Shown here one piece after another: positions 22,553-33,316 of a stretch of DNA of 64,000 bases (the stretch's first letter is position 1; each line of letters starts with the position of its first letter). The notes below the pieces were generated by a model. It saw only the letters and a list, made by a program, of their open reading frames with translations. It was not told the DNA's origin and did not search any database. This DNA comes from Eubacteriales bacterium (GTDB lineage Bacteria; Bacillota; Clostridia; Oscillospirales; CAG-272). The translations under genes were made by a program, and so were the position numbers. Where the stretch lies: NCBI GenBank assembly GCA_045535815.1, contig JAZSMJ010000006.1, positions 5,430-69,429 of the forward strand, written 5' to 3'.

Positions 22553-23338
22553 TCAGTCCTCCTTAACTCCGAGCGCTTCTGCAAGGAGCGCCGTGAAATA
22601 TTCAACGGGTATATCCGATCCGCCGTTCTTCTTTAAGTTGTAAAGACAGAGCGGACAAGCGGTAACTATCATATCAGCACCGTTACCCTTTGCACTCTCA
22701 ACAACAGTAGAGCTCTTTTGTGCAGCAATCTTTTTATCTTCAAGCGTTATGTATCCGCCGCAACATTCGTTACGGTAGGGATAAATAACCGGCTCAGCAC
22801 CGATTGCACGAATGAAATCCTCAATTATGCGAGGATTTTCGGGGTTGTCGAACTGCATATCTGCTGAAGGACGAAGGAGAAGGCAGCCGTAATAAGCGGC
22901 TATCTTCTTACCTGTAAGCGGATTTACAACCTTTTCCTTTATTTTATCAAAACCGATACAGTCACGAAGCATCTCAAGGTAATGAAGCACCTTGGTTTCT
23001 CCGCCGTAAGGAATCTCAGGAGCAATGTAATTATTTACCTTGGTACGAATCTCCTCATCCTTAGCCATATCGATATTTACTCTTTTAATAACGTTATGAC
23101 AAGCAGAGCAAAGCGTTATAAGATCTTCTCCGGCTTCTTTTGCAGACATAAGAGCACGGACAGAAGAGAGCTTTGTTGCTATTTCGTCTTTGGCGACCGG
23201 ATAAACGGCACCGCAGCACTGCCAATCAGGCAATTCTTTAAGCTCAACGCCGAGAGCTTCAGCACTGCGTCTTGCGTATCTGTCAAGATCAACAGCCTTG
23301 TTCTTCAGCGTACAGCCCGGATAATAACTGAATTTCAT
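22553..23338 (-). CDS. hdrB: Heterodisulfide reductase subunit B (CCG domains)
   Basis: YYPGC, WQCCG, YYGC, ECCGG and ACPLC; start set at MKFSYY after GGAGG. Confidence 0.93.
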   Translation of the reverse strand: MKFSYYPGCTLKNKAVDLDRYARRSAEALGVELKELPDWQCCGAVYPVAKDEIATKLSSVRALMSAKEAGEDLITLCSACHNVIKRVNIDMAKDEEIRTKVNNYIAPEIPYGGETKVLHYLEMLRDCIGFDKIKEKVVNPLTGKKIAAYYGCLLLRPSADMQFDNPENPRIIEDFIRAIGAEPVIYPYRNECCGGYITLEDKKIAAQKSSTVVESAKGNGADMIVTACPLCLYNLKKNGGSDIPVEYFTALLAEALGVKED

Positions 23339-23351
23339 GTTTTCCTCCAAA

Positions 23352-24722
23352 TCAGACCATCTGCTCGGGATGGAATACTTCATCAAACTTTTCAGGTGTA
23401 AGGAAGCCAAGCTCAACGCAGGCTTCTTTAAGGGATATGTTATCCTTAAATGCTTTCTTTGCAGTCTTAGCAGCGTTATCATATCCTATATAAGGATTGA
23501 GCGCCGTAACGAGCATAAGAGAATTATGAAGATTGTGATGCATCTTTTCTCGGTTAGCCTTGATTCCTGTAACACAGTTGTCGTTAAAGGATATAATTCC
23601 ATCTGCAAGAAGTCTTACAGACTGAAGGAAGTTATATATGCAAACCGGCATAAATACGTTAAGCTCGAAATTACCCTGCGATGCAGCCATACCGACAGCA
23701 ACGTCGTTAGCAATTACCTGAACTGCAACCATAGTCATAGATTCACACTGAGTGGGGTTGACCTTACCGGGCATAATTGACGAGCCGGGCTCGTTTTCGG
23801 GAATGAATATCTCACCAAGACCGTCTCTCGGACCGCTTGCGAGCCATCTTACGTCATTTGCAATCTTCATAAGGTTTGCTGCAAGAGCCTTAAGAGCACC
23901 GTGAGCGAACACGAGCTCATCCTTTGATGTAAGAGCATGGAATTTATTTTCGGCAGTAACGAAGCTCTTGCCTGTAAGCTCGGAAACAACTGACGCTACC
24001 TTTTCAGCAAATCCCTTGGGTGCGTTAAGTCCTGTTCCGACTGCTGTACCGCCAAGCGCAAGCTCCTTGAGACCGGAGAGAGCAAGCTCAAGCTGACCCT
24101 TAGTCTTTTCTATCATATTTCTCCAACCGGATATCTCCTGAGAGAATTTTATGGGAGTTGCATCCTGAAGATGAGTTCTTCCGCTCTTAACGATGCCCTC
24201 GTTCTCTTCCTCAAGTCTCTTGAGAGTAGCTAAAAGCTTATCCATAGCAGGGAAGAGCTTATCCTCAATCGAGATTACCGCAGCAATATGCATTGCAGTG
24301 GGGAAAGTGTCATTAGATGACTGAGACATATTTATATCGTCATTAGGATGGAGAAGCTTTTTGCCTGCGATCTCATTTCCTCTGTTGGCGATGACCTCGT
24401 TTGCGTTCATATTTGACTGAGTTCCGCTTCCGGTCTGCCATACAACGAGAGGAAAATGTTCATTCAGCAAGCCGGCAATAACCTCATCACATGCCTTCTT
24501 TATTGCGTCAAGCTTTTCATTTGTCATTTTTTCGGGCTTTATCGAGTTGTTTGCGATTGCAGCCGCTTTCTTGAGTATACCGAAAGCGTGAGTGATCTCT
24601 CGGGGCATTACCTCAACGCCTATCTTGAAATTCTGAAAGCTTCTCTGTGTCTGTGCAGCCCAATACTTGTCCGCAGGGACCTGCATCTCACCCATAGAGT
24701 CTTTTTCAATACGATATTCCAT
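23352..24722 (-). CDS. fumC: Class II fumarate hydratase
   Basis: [16 protein letters not shown] and [15 protein letters not shown] motifs. Confidence 0.97.
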   Translation of the reverse strand: MEYRIEKDSMGEMQVPADKYWAAQTQRSFQNFKIGVEVMPREITHAFGILKKAAAIANNSIKPEKMTNEKLDAIKKACDEVIAGLLNEHFPLVVWQTGSGTQSNMNANEVIANRGNEIAGKKLLHPNDDINMSQSSNDTFPTAMHIAAVISIEDKLFPAMDKLLATLKRLEEENEGIVKSGRTHLQDATPIKFSQEISGWRNMIEKTKGQLELALSGLKELALGGTAVGTGLNAPKGFAEKVASVVSELTGKSFVTAENKFHALTSKDELVFAHGALKALAANLMKIANDVRWLASGPRDGLGEIFIPENEPGSSIMPGKVNPTQCESMTMVAVQVIANDVAVGMAASQGNFELNVFMPVCIYNFLQSVRLLADGIISFNDNCVTGIKANREKMHHNLHNSLMLVTALNPYIGYDNAAKTAKKAFKDNISLKEACVELGFLTPEKFDEVFHPEQMV

Positions 24723-24756
24723 GCTTTACGAGCCTCGTTTCTATATCTGAATTTGA

Positions 24757-25704
24757 TTAAATGTTAACTGATTTTATAATTTCCTTAAGTGTATCAGCAC
24801 TGTGACGCAGAAGCTGAACCTCTTTGTCCTGAAGGGGAGTATATATCTTACCCTTGCTACCTTGATTTCCGACAAGCGTCAGCGTGCTGAGACATACGTC
24901 TTCAATGCCGTATTCACCGTGCATCATTGTGGAAACTGTAAGAACTGTATCTACACTACTGAGAAGACACTTGCAGAGATGGCAAACCGAGATTGAAACG
25001 GCATAGAACGTAGCGCCTTTTCCTGCAATGATCTTAGCACCGGAGGTACGAACGTAATTTTCAACCTCGTCAAAGTTGAGTTGAGCCTTACCGGATCCTG
25101 TGCTTGCAACGTATTTCTGGAAGTTTTCAATCTGAATATCCGAAATGGATGCAAGAGACCACGGAACGAACGAAGTATCTCCGTGTTCACCGAAAACGCA
25201 AGCGTGAACGTTTTTCTGGCTAACGCCGAAATGCTCGGCAATGTTTGTACGGAGTCTTGCAGTATCAAGAATTGTACCTGAACCGATAATCTGGTTTTCA
25301 GGCAGACCGGAGAGCTTTGTGAACGCATATGTAAGTATGTCAACAGGATTGCTGACGATAACGTACTTAGACGTGGGAGCGTACTTTGTTATTTCAGGTA
25401 TGATCTGCTTGATAATAGAAATGTTTGTCTGCGTGAGGTCAAGTCTTGTCTGACCGGGCTTTCTCGCAATACCGGATGTGATAATAACGATATCCGAACC
25501 TGCAGCATCGGAGTAATCACCTGCTGTGATAGAGATCGGATTACAGAAGGGAGTGCCCTGACTAATATCAATTGCTTCGCCTATTGCTTTTTCCTTTTTG
25601 ATATCGATCATAACAACCTCTGTTGCTATTCCGGTAACAGCCAGTGAATATGCAATTGTAGCGCCGACGCTTCCGGCACCAATGATAGAAATTTTTGTGC
25701 TCAT
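24757..25704 (-). CDS. mdh: LDH-like malate dehydrogenase
   Basis: GAGSVG, NPVD, LDTAR and GEHGD motifs. The substrate loop GIARKPGQTR has Arg at the specificity position (Gln in LDH), and the gene precedes fumC. Confidence 0.8.
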   Translation of the reverse strand: MSTKISIIGAGSVGATIAYSLAVTGIATEVVMIDIKKEKAIGEAIDISQGTPFCNPISITAGDYSDAAGSDIVIITSGIARKPGQTRLDLTQTNISIIKQIIPEITKYAPTSKYVIVSNPVDILTYAFTKLSGLPENQIIGSGTILDTARLRTNIAEHFGVSQKNVHACVFGEHGDTSFVPWSLASISDIQIENFQKYVASTGSGKAQLNFDEVENYVRTSGAKIIAGKGATFYAVSISVCHLCKCLLSSVDTVLTVSTMMHGEYGIEDVCLSTLTLVGNQGSKGKIYTPLQDKEVQLLRHSADTLKEIIKSVNI

Positions 25705-25795
25705 AATGGTACTTCCTCTTACAATTTAATAATTTATTTATTCACATGCCGTGAAATACAGGCAAGCATTTACAAACCGATTTTCCGGCAATTAT

Positions 25796-25823
25796 ATTAT
25801 AACACAAACTCTTATTTTCTCAA
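25796..25823 (-). promoter_or_regulatory. Putative sigmaA promoter of the mdh-fumC-hdr-flx-frd operon
   Basis: Minus strand TTGAGA-16 nt-TATAAT with an extended TG. Confidence 0.5.
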
Positions 25824-26045
25824 AGAGGCATTATAATGAATATTATATAATATATTGCTTTTTTTTGTGCAACTTTTACACAAAAATTAAAAAAATGCGA
25901 AAATGTTACAAAATAAGCCAAATTGAAATTGACAAGATCTTATAAATAATGTTAAAAAGCAACATTTTTGCGAAGCTATTAACATTTATATCATAATAAA
26001 GGATTCAGTGTATTTGTTGAAAATGACAAATAAGAATATTTTAAA

Positions 26046-26855
26046 TCAGACATCAAGATCAAGGAATCTTATAGCGTTTTTACTGTATATTTTTTCATAC
26101 AGATCAGCACTGAGCTCAAGAGATTCAAGTGCAATTTTTTCGCTGTCTGCACCGTACCACGGAGTGTCGCTTCCAAACAGTAATTTATCCGGATCATGCT
26201 CGCAAATGACTCGTTTTCCAAGCTCAATATCAGCCTCCGGAGCGCAGAGTAGTGAGGTGTCCAGCCATATGTTTTTGCCACAGAGCATGCGAAGAACCGT
26301 ATCCCAGCATTTGAATCCGCCAAGATGTGCAGCAACGAGCCTCATCTCCGGAAATTTATTTATAACGCAGGCAATAGCCTCAGGCGGTGCGTGCATAAAA
26401 TTCGGCGAATAAAAATCGTTTCCTGCGTGTGTAATTACGAACAGTCCGTTCTCAATGCATCCCTTGAATATGGGATCGAATTTGTCGGAATCTATTGTTG
26501 TTTCCATATAGTCGGGGTGAATCTTTATACCTTTTATTCCTGCATTGCGAAGCCTTTTGAGCTCTTTTTTTATAACTTCTTCATCGCAATGAGGATTGAC
26601 AGATCCAAGTGCTATCATCCTTTTTTGTGTATTGTTAAGGTCTATTGCAAAGTTATTGACGTTTGTCATCTGACGGGGATTAGTTGCAATATTGCAAACA
26701 ACGCTTATATCGACTCCGTCTTCATCCATTTTACGAAGATTGTCGGAAACGGTTCCGTTCGTAATGTTCAGGATGTTTCCTATTGCAGATAGCTTCGGGA
26801 TGGCTTTTTCGGCTACTGCATCAGGGAAGCAATGGGTGTGAAAATCTATCAGCAT
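26046..26855 (-). CDS. Amidohydrolase-family (Amidohydro_2) metal-dependent hydrolase
   Basis: IDFHTH, GIKIHP, AAHLGG and LFGSDTPW motifs. Confidence 0.88.
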   Translation of the reverse strand: MLIDFHTHCFPDAVAEKAIPKLSAIGNILNITNGTVSDNLRKMDEDGVDISVVCNIATNPRQMTNVNNFAIDLNNTQKRMIALGSVNPHCDEEVIKKELKRLRNAGIKGIKIHPDYMETTIDSDKFDPIFKGCIENGLFVITHAGNDFYSPNFMHAPPEAIACVINKFPEMRLVAAHLGGFKCWDTVLRMLCGKNIWLDTSLLCAPEADIELGKRVICEHDPDKLLFGSDTPWYGADSEKIALESLELSADLYEKIYSKNAIRFLDLDV

Positions 26856-27095
26856 TTTATACCTTTCTTGAACTTGGAAAAATAAACAATTTCTCATTTA
26901 AATGATACCATATATAGCAACAATATTTGTGAACAAAACTTTAATTTTATTAACAAAATAGAAATTAAATAATGTTGTAATTATTAACCTTTTTGTAATA
27001 TAATGTAAAATATAATGGGGTTATATTTATTGAAGTAAGAAATAATCCTAATAAAATGAAAAATATTTTTTAAATATACGGAGGAATATTACACA

Positions 27096-28517
27096 GTGGA
27101 AAAGATTCAAAAGACAGCTTCCGAGCTCAGAGGTCTGCTTGCAGAAACCACAACAGAAGCTCGTAATATAGTTTCCTCTATATTTGATGAAGGAACGTTT
27201 GTTGAACTCGGCTCGTACGTTAAGCGTGCAAACGCTGAAGACGGAAATGATTTTGAAAGCGTTGTATGCGGATGCGGAGCAATAGACGGAAGACTCGTTT
27301 ATGCCTTTGTCCAGGATCCATCAAATATGAAGGGTGCTTTAAGTGAAGCTCACTCAAATAAGATCTGTTCTGTATACGATATGGCTGCCAAGAGCGGCGC
27401 GCCTGTTATAGGTGTATTCAGTAGCTCAGGCGCTAAGGTTATGGAGGGTATAGGCGTTATTTCCGGATACGGAAAGATAATGAAGAAGGCATCTCGCCTT
27501 AAGGGAGTAGTTCCTCAGATAGCCGTTATATCCGGCGTTTGCGGAGCATCGTCTGCCATTATTGCGTCAATGTTTGATTTCGCAATTGCTGCAAAGGATA
27601 AGGGTCAGCTCTTTGTATCATCTCCTTTTCTGACCGATATTAATGCGCAGGATACCGTTGAATTTGCTGCAAAAAGAGGAGATATCAGCCTGCTCGTATC
27701 GAATACAGACGAAGCAATTACAGAGCTTAAAAAGCTTCTTGCGTATCTTCCCTCAAGCGATTCTGAAACAGCTCCGTATGAGGATGCTGACGATATTAAC
27801 CGTACAACCCCCGAGATTGCCGATATAGTTGCAAAAGCAGGATACAGTATGACTGAGGTCGTAGCATCTGTAGCTGATTTCGGTGTGTTTGAAGAAGTCT
27901 GCAAAGCCTGTGCGCCTGAAATTAAAATTGGTTTTATCAGAATAAACGGTGCATCTGTTGCCGTGTGTGCCAATGATCCCAGCGTAAAGGGTGGAGCAAT
28001 AACTCCGTGTGCGGCGCATAAAGCTGCTAAGTTTATCGATTTCTGTAATTGCTTTGATATTCCGCTTGTTACTCTGGTTGACAGCGTTAGCTTTGTAGCT
28101 TCTGCAGAATATGAAAAGTGCCATTATTCAGAAAAGCTTGCAGAGCTTGCATCGGCATATGCGCTTTCCGAAAATGCGATGGTTACCTGCGTGCTTGGCA
28201 ATGCCTTCGGAGCATCGTTTACAGTTATGGGCTCCAAGGCACTTGGCGCTGATATAGCCTTTTCTTCTGAAAATGCAAAGATCAGCATAATGAGTCCCGA
28301 GGCTGCAGTTCAGTTTATCTGGAGCGAAGAGATCAAATCATCAAAAGATCCTGTAGCTAAGAGAGAAGAGCTTATTTCAGAGTGGAATAATACCCTTGCA
28401 TCTCCGATCGCAGCAGCTAAGAGCGGTGATATAGATGACATTATATCACTTGCAGAGCTTCGTCAGAGAATTGCGGCTGCTCTTGAAATACTTGCTTTTA
28501 AAGGGAGGGTAATATGA
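27096..28517 (+). CDS. Acyl-CoA carboxyltransferase-fold protein (MmdA/PccB-like, degenerate)
   Basis: FDEGTFVE, IDGRLVY and GDIDDII motifs; catalytic Gly motifs are altered. Confidence 0.8.
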   Translation: MEKIQKTASELRGLLAETTTEARNIVSSIFDEGTFVELGSYVKRANAEDGNDFESVVCGCGAIDGRLVYAFVQDPSNMKGALSEAHSNKICSVYDMAAKSGAPVIGVFSSSGAKVMEGIGVISGYGKIMKKASRLKGVVPQIAVISGVCGASSAIIASMFDFAIAAKDKGQLFVSSPFLTDINAQDTVEFAAKRGDISLLVSNTDEAITELKKLLAYLPSSDSETAPYEDADDINRTTPEIADIVAKAGYSMTEVVASVADFGVFEEVCKACAPEIKIGFIRINGASVAVCANDPSVKGGAITPCAAHKAAKFIDFCNCFDIPLVTLVDSVSFVASAEYEKCHYSEKLAELASAYALSENAMVTCVLGNAFGASFTVMGSKALGADIAFSSENAKISIMSPEAAVQFIWSEEIKSSKDPVAKREELISEWNNTLASPIAAAKSGDIDDIISLAELRQRIAAALEILAFKGRVI

Positions 28518-28909
28518 ATATTGCTTTCCTTGCAGCTTCTGCAGCAACTGAAGCTGTAACTGAAAACGTATTTGAAAAATCGATGGACCTTTCTACTCCT
28601 CTTGGCGAAAGAATGGCTCTTGGTCTTCAAACTATGGTTCTCGGTTTGGGTACGGTTTTTTCAATACTAATTATAATATGGGGTGTGCTTGCACTTTTCA
28701 AGGTGTTCTTCTATACCATTCCCAATTCAAGAAAGAAGACAGCTTCTGCAGTTGTAGACACACAGACAGAAAATGTCGCATCAGAAGAAGCAGTTGATGA
28801 TAATGATGAAGAAATAGTTGCGGCAATATCCGCAGCTGTTGCGGTATATCTTGATAAACCGGTAAGCTCGTTCAGAGTGGTTTCTTTCAGACGGTTTGAT
28901 AAACAGTAA
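28514..28909 (+). CDS. oadG: Na+-translocating decarboxylase gamma/delta subunit (OadG-like)
   Basis: Single TM (LGLGTVFSIL), EEIVAAISAAV and FRVVSFRR. Confidence 0.8.
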   Translation: MNIAFLAASAATEAVTENVFEKSMDLSTPLGERMALGLQTMVLGLGTVFSILIIIWGVLALFKVFFYTIPNSRKKTASAVVDTQTENVASEEAVDDNDEEIVAAISAAVAVYLDKPVSSFRVVSFRRFDKQ

Positions 28910-28940
28910 TTCGATTACGATAATTCGGAGGTAATTTATA

Positions 28941-29312
28941 ATGAGAAAGTTTAATATAACGGTTAACGGAACAGTATATGAGGTAGAGGTTGAGGAAGTA
29001 TCTGCAGAGGGCACTTCTGCTCCCGTAGCTACACCTGTAGCAAAAGCAGCTCCTGCTGCTGCACCCAAAGCTGCACCCAAGGCATCCGGTGCTGCAGGCG
29101 GCGTAAAGGTAAGTGCTCCTATGCCCGGTACAATTATGAAGGTAACCGTTTCGGTAGGACAGAAGGTTTCAAAGGGAGACCTTGTCTGCGTGCTTGAAGC
29201 AATGAAGATGGAAAACGAAATTTTTGCTCCCGCTGACGGTACTGTAGCATCAATTGAAGTAACTCAGGGTGCGTCTGTTGGAACCGGAGATATCATTGCT
29301 ACTCTTAACTGA
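28941..29312 (+). CDS. Biotin carboxyl carrier protein
   Basis: EAMKM biotinylation motif and an Ala/Pro linker. Confidence 0.93.
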   Translation: MRKFNITVNGTVYEVEVEEVSAEGTSAPVATPVAKAAPAAAPKAAPKASGAAGGVKVSAPMPGTIMKVTVSVGQKVSKGDLVCVLEAMKMENEIFAPADGTVASIEVTQGASVGTGDIIATLN

Positions 29313-29329
29313 GTCTGACGGGGTGTAAC

Positions 29330-30514
29330 ATGCTCGAAACTATACTTAATTTTATTCAAACAACGGGTATAGCGGAATTAATGAATAAATCTCCTATAGT
29401 TACGTTGCAGACCATCGTAATGTACGTTATTATCGGAGTTCTTTTCTATCTTGCTATATTCAGAAAATATGAGCCGCTTCTTCTGTTGCCTATAGCATTT
29501 GGTATGCTTTTGGCAAACCTTCCCGGAGCAGAGCTAATGCATATGGAAAAGTTTTTCATTCAAGGTGAATTGGATGTTGGACGGGTTCTTCGTGAAGGCG
29601 GACTTATAGATATTCTTTATCTCGGTGTTAAGCTTGGTATATATCCTTCACTTATATTTATGGGTGTTGGAGCTATGACCGACTTTACTCCCCTTATAGC
29701 AAACCCTAAGAGCCTTCTTTTAGGTTCGGCGGCACAGTTTGGTGTTTTCGCAGCCTTTCTCGGCGCTCTCTTCTTCGGATTCACTCCCGAAGCGGCAGCA
29801 TCCATCGGTATTATCGGCGGTGCGGACGGACCGACTGCGATTCTCGTAACAAAGCAGCTTGCTCCACAGCTTCTCGGAGCTATCGCTGTTGCTGCATATT
29901 CGTATATGGCATTGATACCTATCATCCAGCCTCCGTTTATGAAGCTTCTTACCACCAAAAAAGAACGTTCCATAAAGATGGAAACGCTTCGTCCGGTATC
30001 TCAGGTAGAAAAGGTGCTTTTCCCGATAGTCGTTACACTTATCGTTGCACTTCTTCTTCCCGATGCAGCTCCGCTCGTGGGCTTCCTTATGCTTGGAAAC
30101 CTGTTTAACGTCTGCGGTGTTACCGACCGTCTTTCAAAGACAGCACAGAACGAGCTCTGCAATATCATAACGATATTCCTCGGAGTTTCCGTCGGTGCAA
30201 CGGCAAATGCAGAATCCTTCCTTTCGCCCACAACCCTTCTTATTATAATTCTCGGTCTTACAGCGTTCTGCTTCTCTACCATTGGCGGTATTTTGTTTGC
30301 AAAGCTTATGAACGTTATTACGGGCGGAAAGATAAATCCGCTTATCGGATCTGCAGGTGTTTCCGCAGTTCCTATGGCGGCAAGAGTTTCTCAGTTGGTC
30401 GGACAGAAGGAAGATCCTTCAAACTTCCTTTTGATGCACGCAATGGGACCGAACGTTGCCGGAGTTATCGGATCAGCGGTTGCTGCCGGTGTATTCCTTT
30501 CAATGTTCGCATAA
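29330..30514 (+). CDS. oadB: Na+-translocating decarboxylase beta subunit
   Basis: [24 protein letters not shown] and [12 protein letters not shown] motifs. Confidence 0.95.
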   Translation: MLETILNFIQTTGIAELMNKSPIVTLQTIVMYVIIGVLFYLAIFRKYEPLLLLPIAFGMLLANLPGAELMHMEKFFIQGELDVGRVLREGGLIDILYLGVKLGIYPSLIFMGVGAMTDFTPLIANPKSLLLGSAAQFGVFAAFLGALFFGFTPEAAASIGIIGGADGPTAILVTKQLAPQLLGAIAVAAYSYMALIPIIQPPFMKLLTTKKERSIKMETLRPVSQVEKVLFPIVVTLIVALLLPDAAPLVGFLMLGNLFNVCGVTDRLSKTAQNELCNIITIFLGVSVGATANAESFLSPTTLLIIILGLTAFCFSTIGGILFAKLMNVITGGKINPLIGSAGVSAVPMAARVSQLVGQKEDPSNFLLMHAMGPNVAGVIGSAVAAGVFLSMFA

Positions 30515-30543
30515 GATTATACAGTTATTAGGAGATTATACTT

Positions 30544-31941
30544 ATGAGTAAAGTTAAAATATGTGAAACAGTCCTTCGTGACTCGCATCAGTCCCTTATT
30601 GCAACACGAATGACTACAGATGAAATGCTTCCGATACTTTCTGCGCTTGATGAGGTTGGTTATCATTCGCTTGAAGCGTGGGGCGGTGCAACCTTTGATT
30701 CATGCCTTCGTTTCTTAAACGAGGATCCTTGGGAAAGACTCCGTAAGATCAGAGGTGCAGTTAAGAATACAAAGCTTCAGATGCTCTTCAGAGGACAGAA
30801 TATCCTTGGCTACAGACATTACGCAGATGACGTTGTTGAATACTTCGTACAGAAGTCAATCGCAAACGGTATCGATATTATAAGAATCTTTGATGCTCTG
30901 AACGATAAGAGAAATCTTATGACGGCAATAAACGCCACAAAGAAGGAAAACGGACACGTTCAGGCAGCTATTTCGTATACGACAAGCCCCGTGCACACAG
31001 AAGAAGCCTTTGCAAAATACTCAAAAGAGCTTGAGGAAATGGGAGCCGATTCTATATGCATAAAGGATATGTCGGGACTTCTCAAGCCTTACGATGCATA
31101 TTCACTTGTAAAGGCTATTAAGGAAACCGTTAAAATTCCCGTAGAGCTTCACACACATTATACCTCTGGTCTTGCATCAATGACAGCACTTAAAGCCATA
31201 GAAGCAGGGTGCGATATCGTTGATACGGCGATCTCTCCTATGGCAATGGGTACAAGCCAGCCTCCGACAGAGCCGTTGGTTGCTACTCTTGCAGGCACGG
31301 AATACGATACCGGTCTTGATCTTGAAAAGCTTGACGTTGTATGTAAGTATTTTACTACCCTTCGTGATAAATATATCGCAAGCGGACTTCTCGATACACA
31401 GGTGCTCAAGGCAAATATAAACGCTCTTATGTATCAGGTTCCCGGCGGAATGCTCTCTAATCTTATTTCACAGCTTAAGCAGGCAGGGAAGTCAGAGCTT
31501 CTGAATGAGGTTCTTGCAGAGGTTCCGAGAGTCAGAGAGGACGCAGGTTATCCTCCGCTCGTAACTCCGACGTCGCAGATAGTTGGAACGCAGGCTGTGT
31601 TCAACGTTATCGGCGGAGAAAGATATAAGATGGTTGCAAAAGAGTTCAGAGGAATGGTCAGAGGCGATTACGGTAAAACTCCTGCTCCTATCGATCCTGC
31701 TTTCAGAAAGAAGATCATCGGAGACGATAAGCCGATTGACGGCAGACCTGCAGATGCTCTCAAGCCTGAACTTGATAAGCTGAGAGAGCAGATAAAGGAT
31801 TATGCAATCCAGGATGAAGACGTTCTTTCATATGCACTCTTTGAACAGGTTGCAATGAACTTCTTTGAAAACCGCAAGGCAAAATCACTTGGTATAGACA
31901 AGGATAATTCAGACAGCAAGCTTAAGGTTCATCCCGTATAA
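30544..31941 (+). CDS. oadA: Oxaloacetate decarboxylase alpha (pyruvate carboxyltransferase) subunit, without a biotin domain
   Basis: LRDSHQS, WGGATFD, IKDM, HTH and PPLVTPTSQ motifs. Confidence 0.93.
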   Translation: MSKVKICETVLRDSHQSLIATRMTTDEMLPILSALDEVGYHSLEAWGGATFDSCLRFLNEDPWERLRKIRGAVKNTKLQMLFRGQNILGYRHYADDVVEYFVQKSIANGIDIIRIFDALNDKRNLMTAINATKKENGHVQAAISYTTSPVHTEEAFAKYSKELEEMGADSICIKDMSGLLKPYDAYSLVKAIKETVKIPVELHTHYTSGLASMTALKAIEAGCDIVDTAISPMAMGTSQPPTEPLVATLAGTEYDTGLDLEKLDVVCKYFTTLRDKYIASGLLDTQVLKANINALMYQVPGGMLSNLISQLKQAGKSELLNEVLAEVPRVREDAGYPPLVTPTSQIVGTQAVFNVIGGERYKMVAKEFRGMVRGDYGKTPAPIDPAFRKKIIGDDKPIDGRPADALKPELDKLREQIKDYAIQDEDVLSYALFEQVAMNFFENRKAKSLGIDKDNSDSKLKVHPV

Positions 31942-31946
31942 AAAAC

Positions 31947-31971
31947 AAGCAGAGTTCAATGAACTCTGCTT
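31947..31971. terminator. Bidirectional intrinsic terminator
   Basis: AAGCAGAGTTC-AAT-GAACTCTGCTT. Confidence 0.85.
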
Positions 31972-31975
31972 TATT

Positions 31976-33292
31976 TTATGCATTTTTTAGGGCTTCGTAG
32001 TCCTTTAATATAAGCTTCGGCTTTCCTGTCTTATCGACTGTATCTTTATCGATAATGACCTTTTCAACCTCGGGTCTTGAGGGCACCTCGTACATTGTAT
32101 CAATAAGGAATTCTTCCATTATCGAGCGAAGGCCTCTTGCTCCCGTTTTGCGTTCGATTGCAAGATCGGCTATTTTGTCGAGTGCATCGGGGGTAAACTC
32201 AAGCTCCTTTGAATCAAGCTCAAACAGCTTTTTATACTGCTTGATAAGCGAGTTTTTGGGTTCGCTTAATATCTTTACAAGAGCAGTACGGTCAAGAGAT
32301 TGGAGTGTCACGATGACCGGAAGTCTTCCAACCAGCTCAGGTATCAGTCCGAATTTAACTATATCGTGAGGCGTAACCTTTGATAAGATATTTGTCTCCT
32401 TCTTTTCCTTTTCGGAAAGAAGCTTACTGTCAAATCCTATCTGCTGGTTGCCCTGGCGGTTGCTTATAATATTATCAAGCGTATCAAACGCACCGCCACA
32501 GATAAACAGAATATTCTCGGTATTTATCTGAATAAAATCCTGATTGGGATGCTTTCTTCCGCCCTGCGGAGGAACGTTTGCAACTGTACCTTCAAGTATC
32601 TTTAAAAGTGCCTGCTGAACACCCTCACCCGAAACGTCTCTCGTTATTGAACGGTTTTCGCTTCTCCTGGATATCTTATCGATCTCATCAATATAAATAA
32701 TACCTTTTTCTGCGAGTTCAATATCATAATCTGCCGCTTGAATAAGTCTGAGGAGTATATTTTCAACGTCCTCACCAACGTATCCTGCTTCTGTCAGCGT
32801 TGTAGCATCAGCAATTGCAAAGGGCACCTTGAGGGTTTTAGCAAGAGTCTGTGCAAGATAGGTCTTACCTACACCCGTCGGACCAAGCAGAAGAACGTTG
32901 CTTTTTTGAATATCTACCTTTTCGGCATCCTTCTTTTCTTTGGATTTTTTATCCTTTGAAAGAATGCGCTTGTAGTGGTTATATACGGCAACCGATAAAG
33001 CTTTTTTTGCTTCATCCTGACCTATAACGTATTCATCAAGCGTTCCCTTGATCTTTGCAGGCTTAGGCAGGGAAGTAAGAGATAAAACGCCCTTGCCGTT
33101 CTTTTCACGTGATTCCTGCTCCATCTCGGCAGTATGCTGATATATAAGTCTGTCGCATGCTTCAATGCAGTTATTACAGATACATACGCCGGTACCGATA
33201 GGCGACGGAATTAAAAATTCAATATGAGCTTCGGACCTGCCACAGAACGAACAGCTCTGAAGCGGTCCTCTCGTATTGCTATTGTTTGCCAT
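31976..33292 (-). CDS. clpX: ATP-dependent Clp protease ATPase ClpX
   Basis: CSFC Zn finger, [26 protein letters not shown] and IGF loop. Confidence 0.98.
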   Translation of the reverse strand: MANNSNTRGPLQSCSFCGRSEAHIEFLIPSPIGTGVCICNNCIEACDRLIYQHTAEMEQESREKNGKGVLSLTSLPKPAKIKGTLDEYVIGQDEAKKALSVAVYNHYKRILSKDKKSKEKKDAEKVDIQKSNVLLLGPTGVGKTYLAQTLAKTLKVPFAIADATTLTEAGYVGEDVENILLRLIQAADYDIELAEKGIIYIDEIDKISRRSENRSITRDVSGEGVQQALLKILEGTVANVPPQGGRKHPNQDFIQINTENILFICGGAFDTLDNIISNRQGNQQIGFDSKLLSEKEKKETNILSKVTPHDIVKFGLIPELVGRLPVIVTLQSLDRTALVKILSEPKNSLIKQYKKLFELDSKELEFTPDALDKIADLAIERKTGARGLRSIMEEFLIDTMYEVPSRPEVEKVIIDKDTVDKTGKPKLILKDYEALKNA

Positions 33293-33316
33293 TAATATAC
33301 CTCTTTAAAATCGAAT

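Noticed and set aside
20155-23338. hdr genes as evidence of methanogen origin or contamination
   Set aside because: Codon style and RBSs match the flanking clostridial genes, and no other archaeal or methanogenesis genes are present.
25865-25966. Rex operators upstream of mdh (TTGTGCAACTTTTACACAA; AATGTTAAAAAGCAACATT)
   Set aside because: Plausible biologically, but the spacing does not fit the 18-bp consensus and the region is very AT-rich.
27096-28517. Functional methylmalonyl-CoA decarboxylase for a propionate pathway
   Set aside because: Catalytic glycine motifs are altered, and no mutase or epimerase is in the window.
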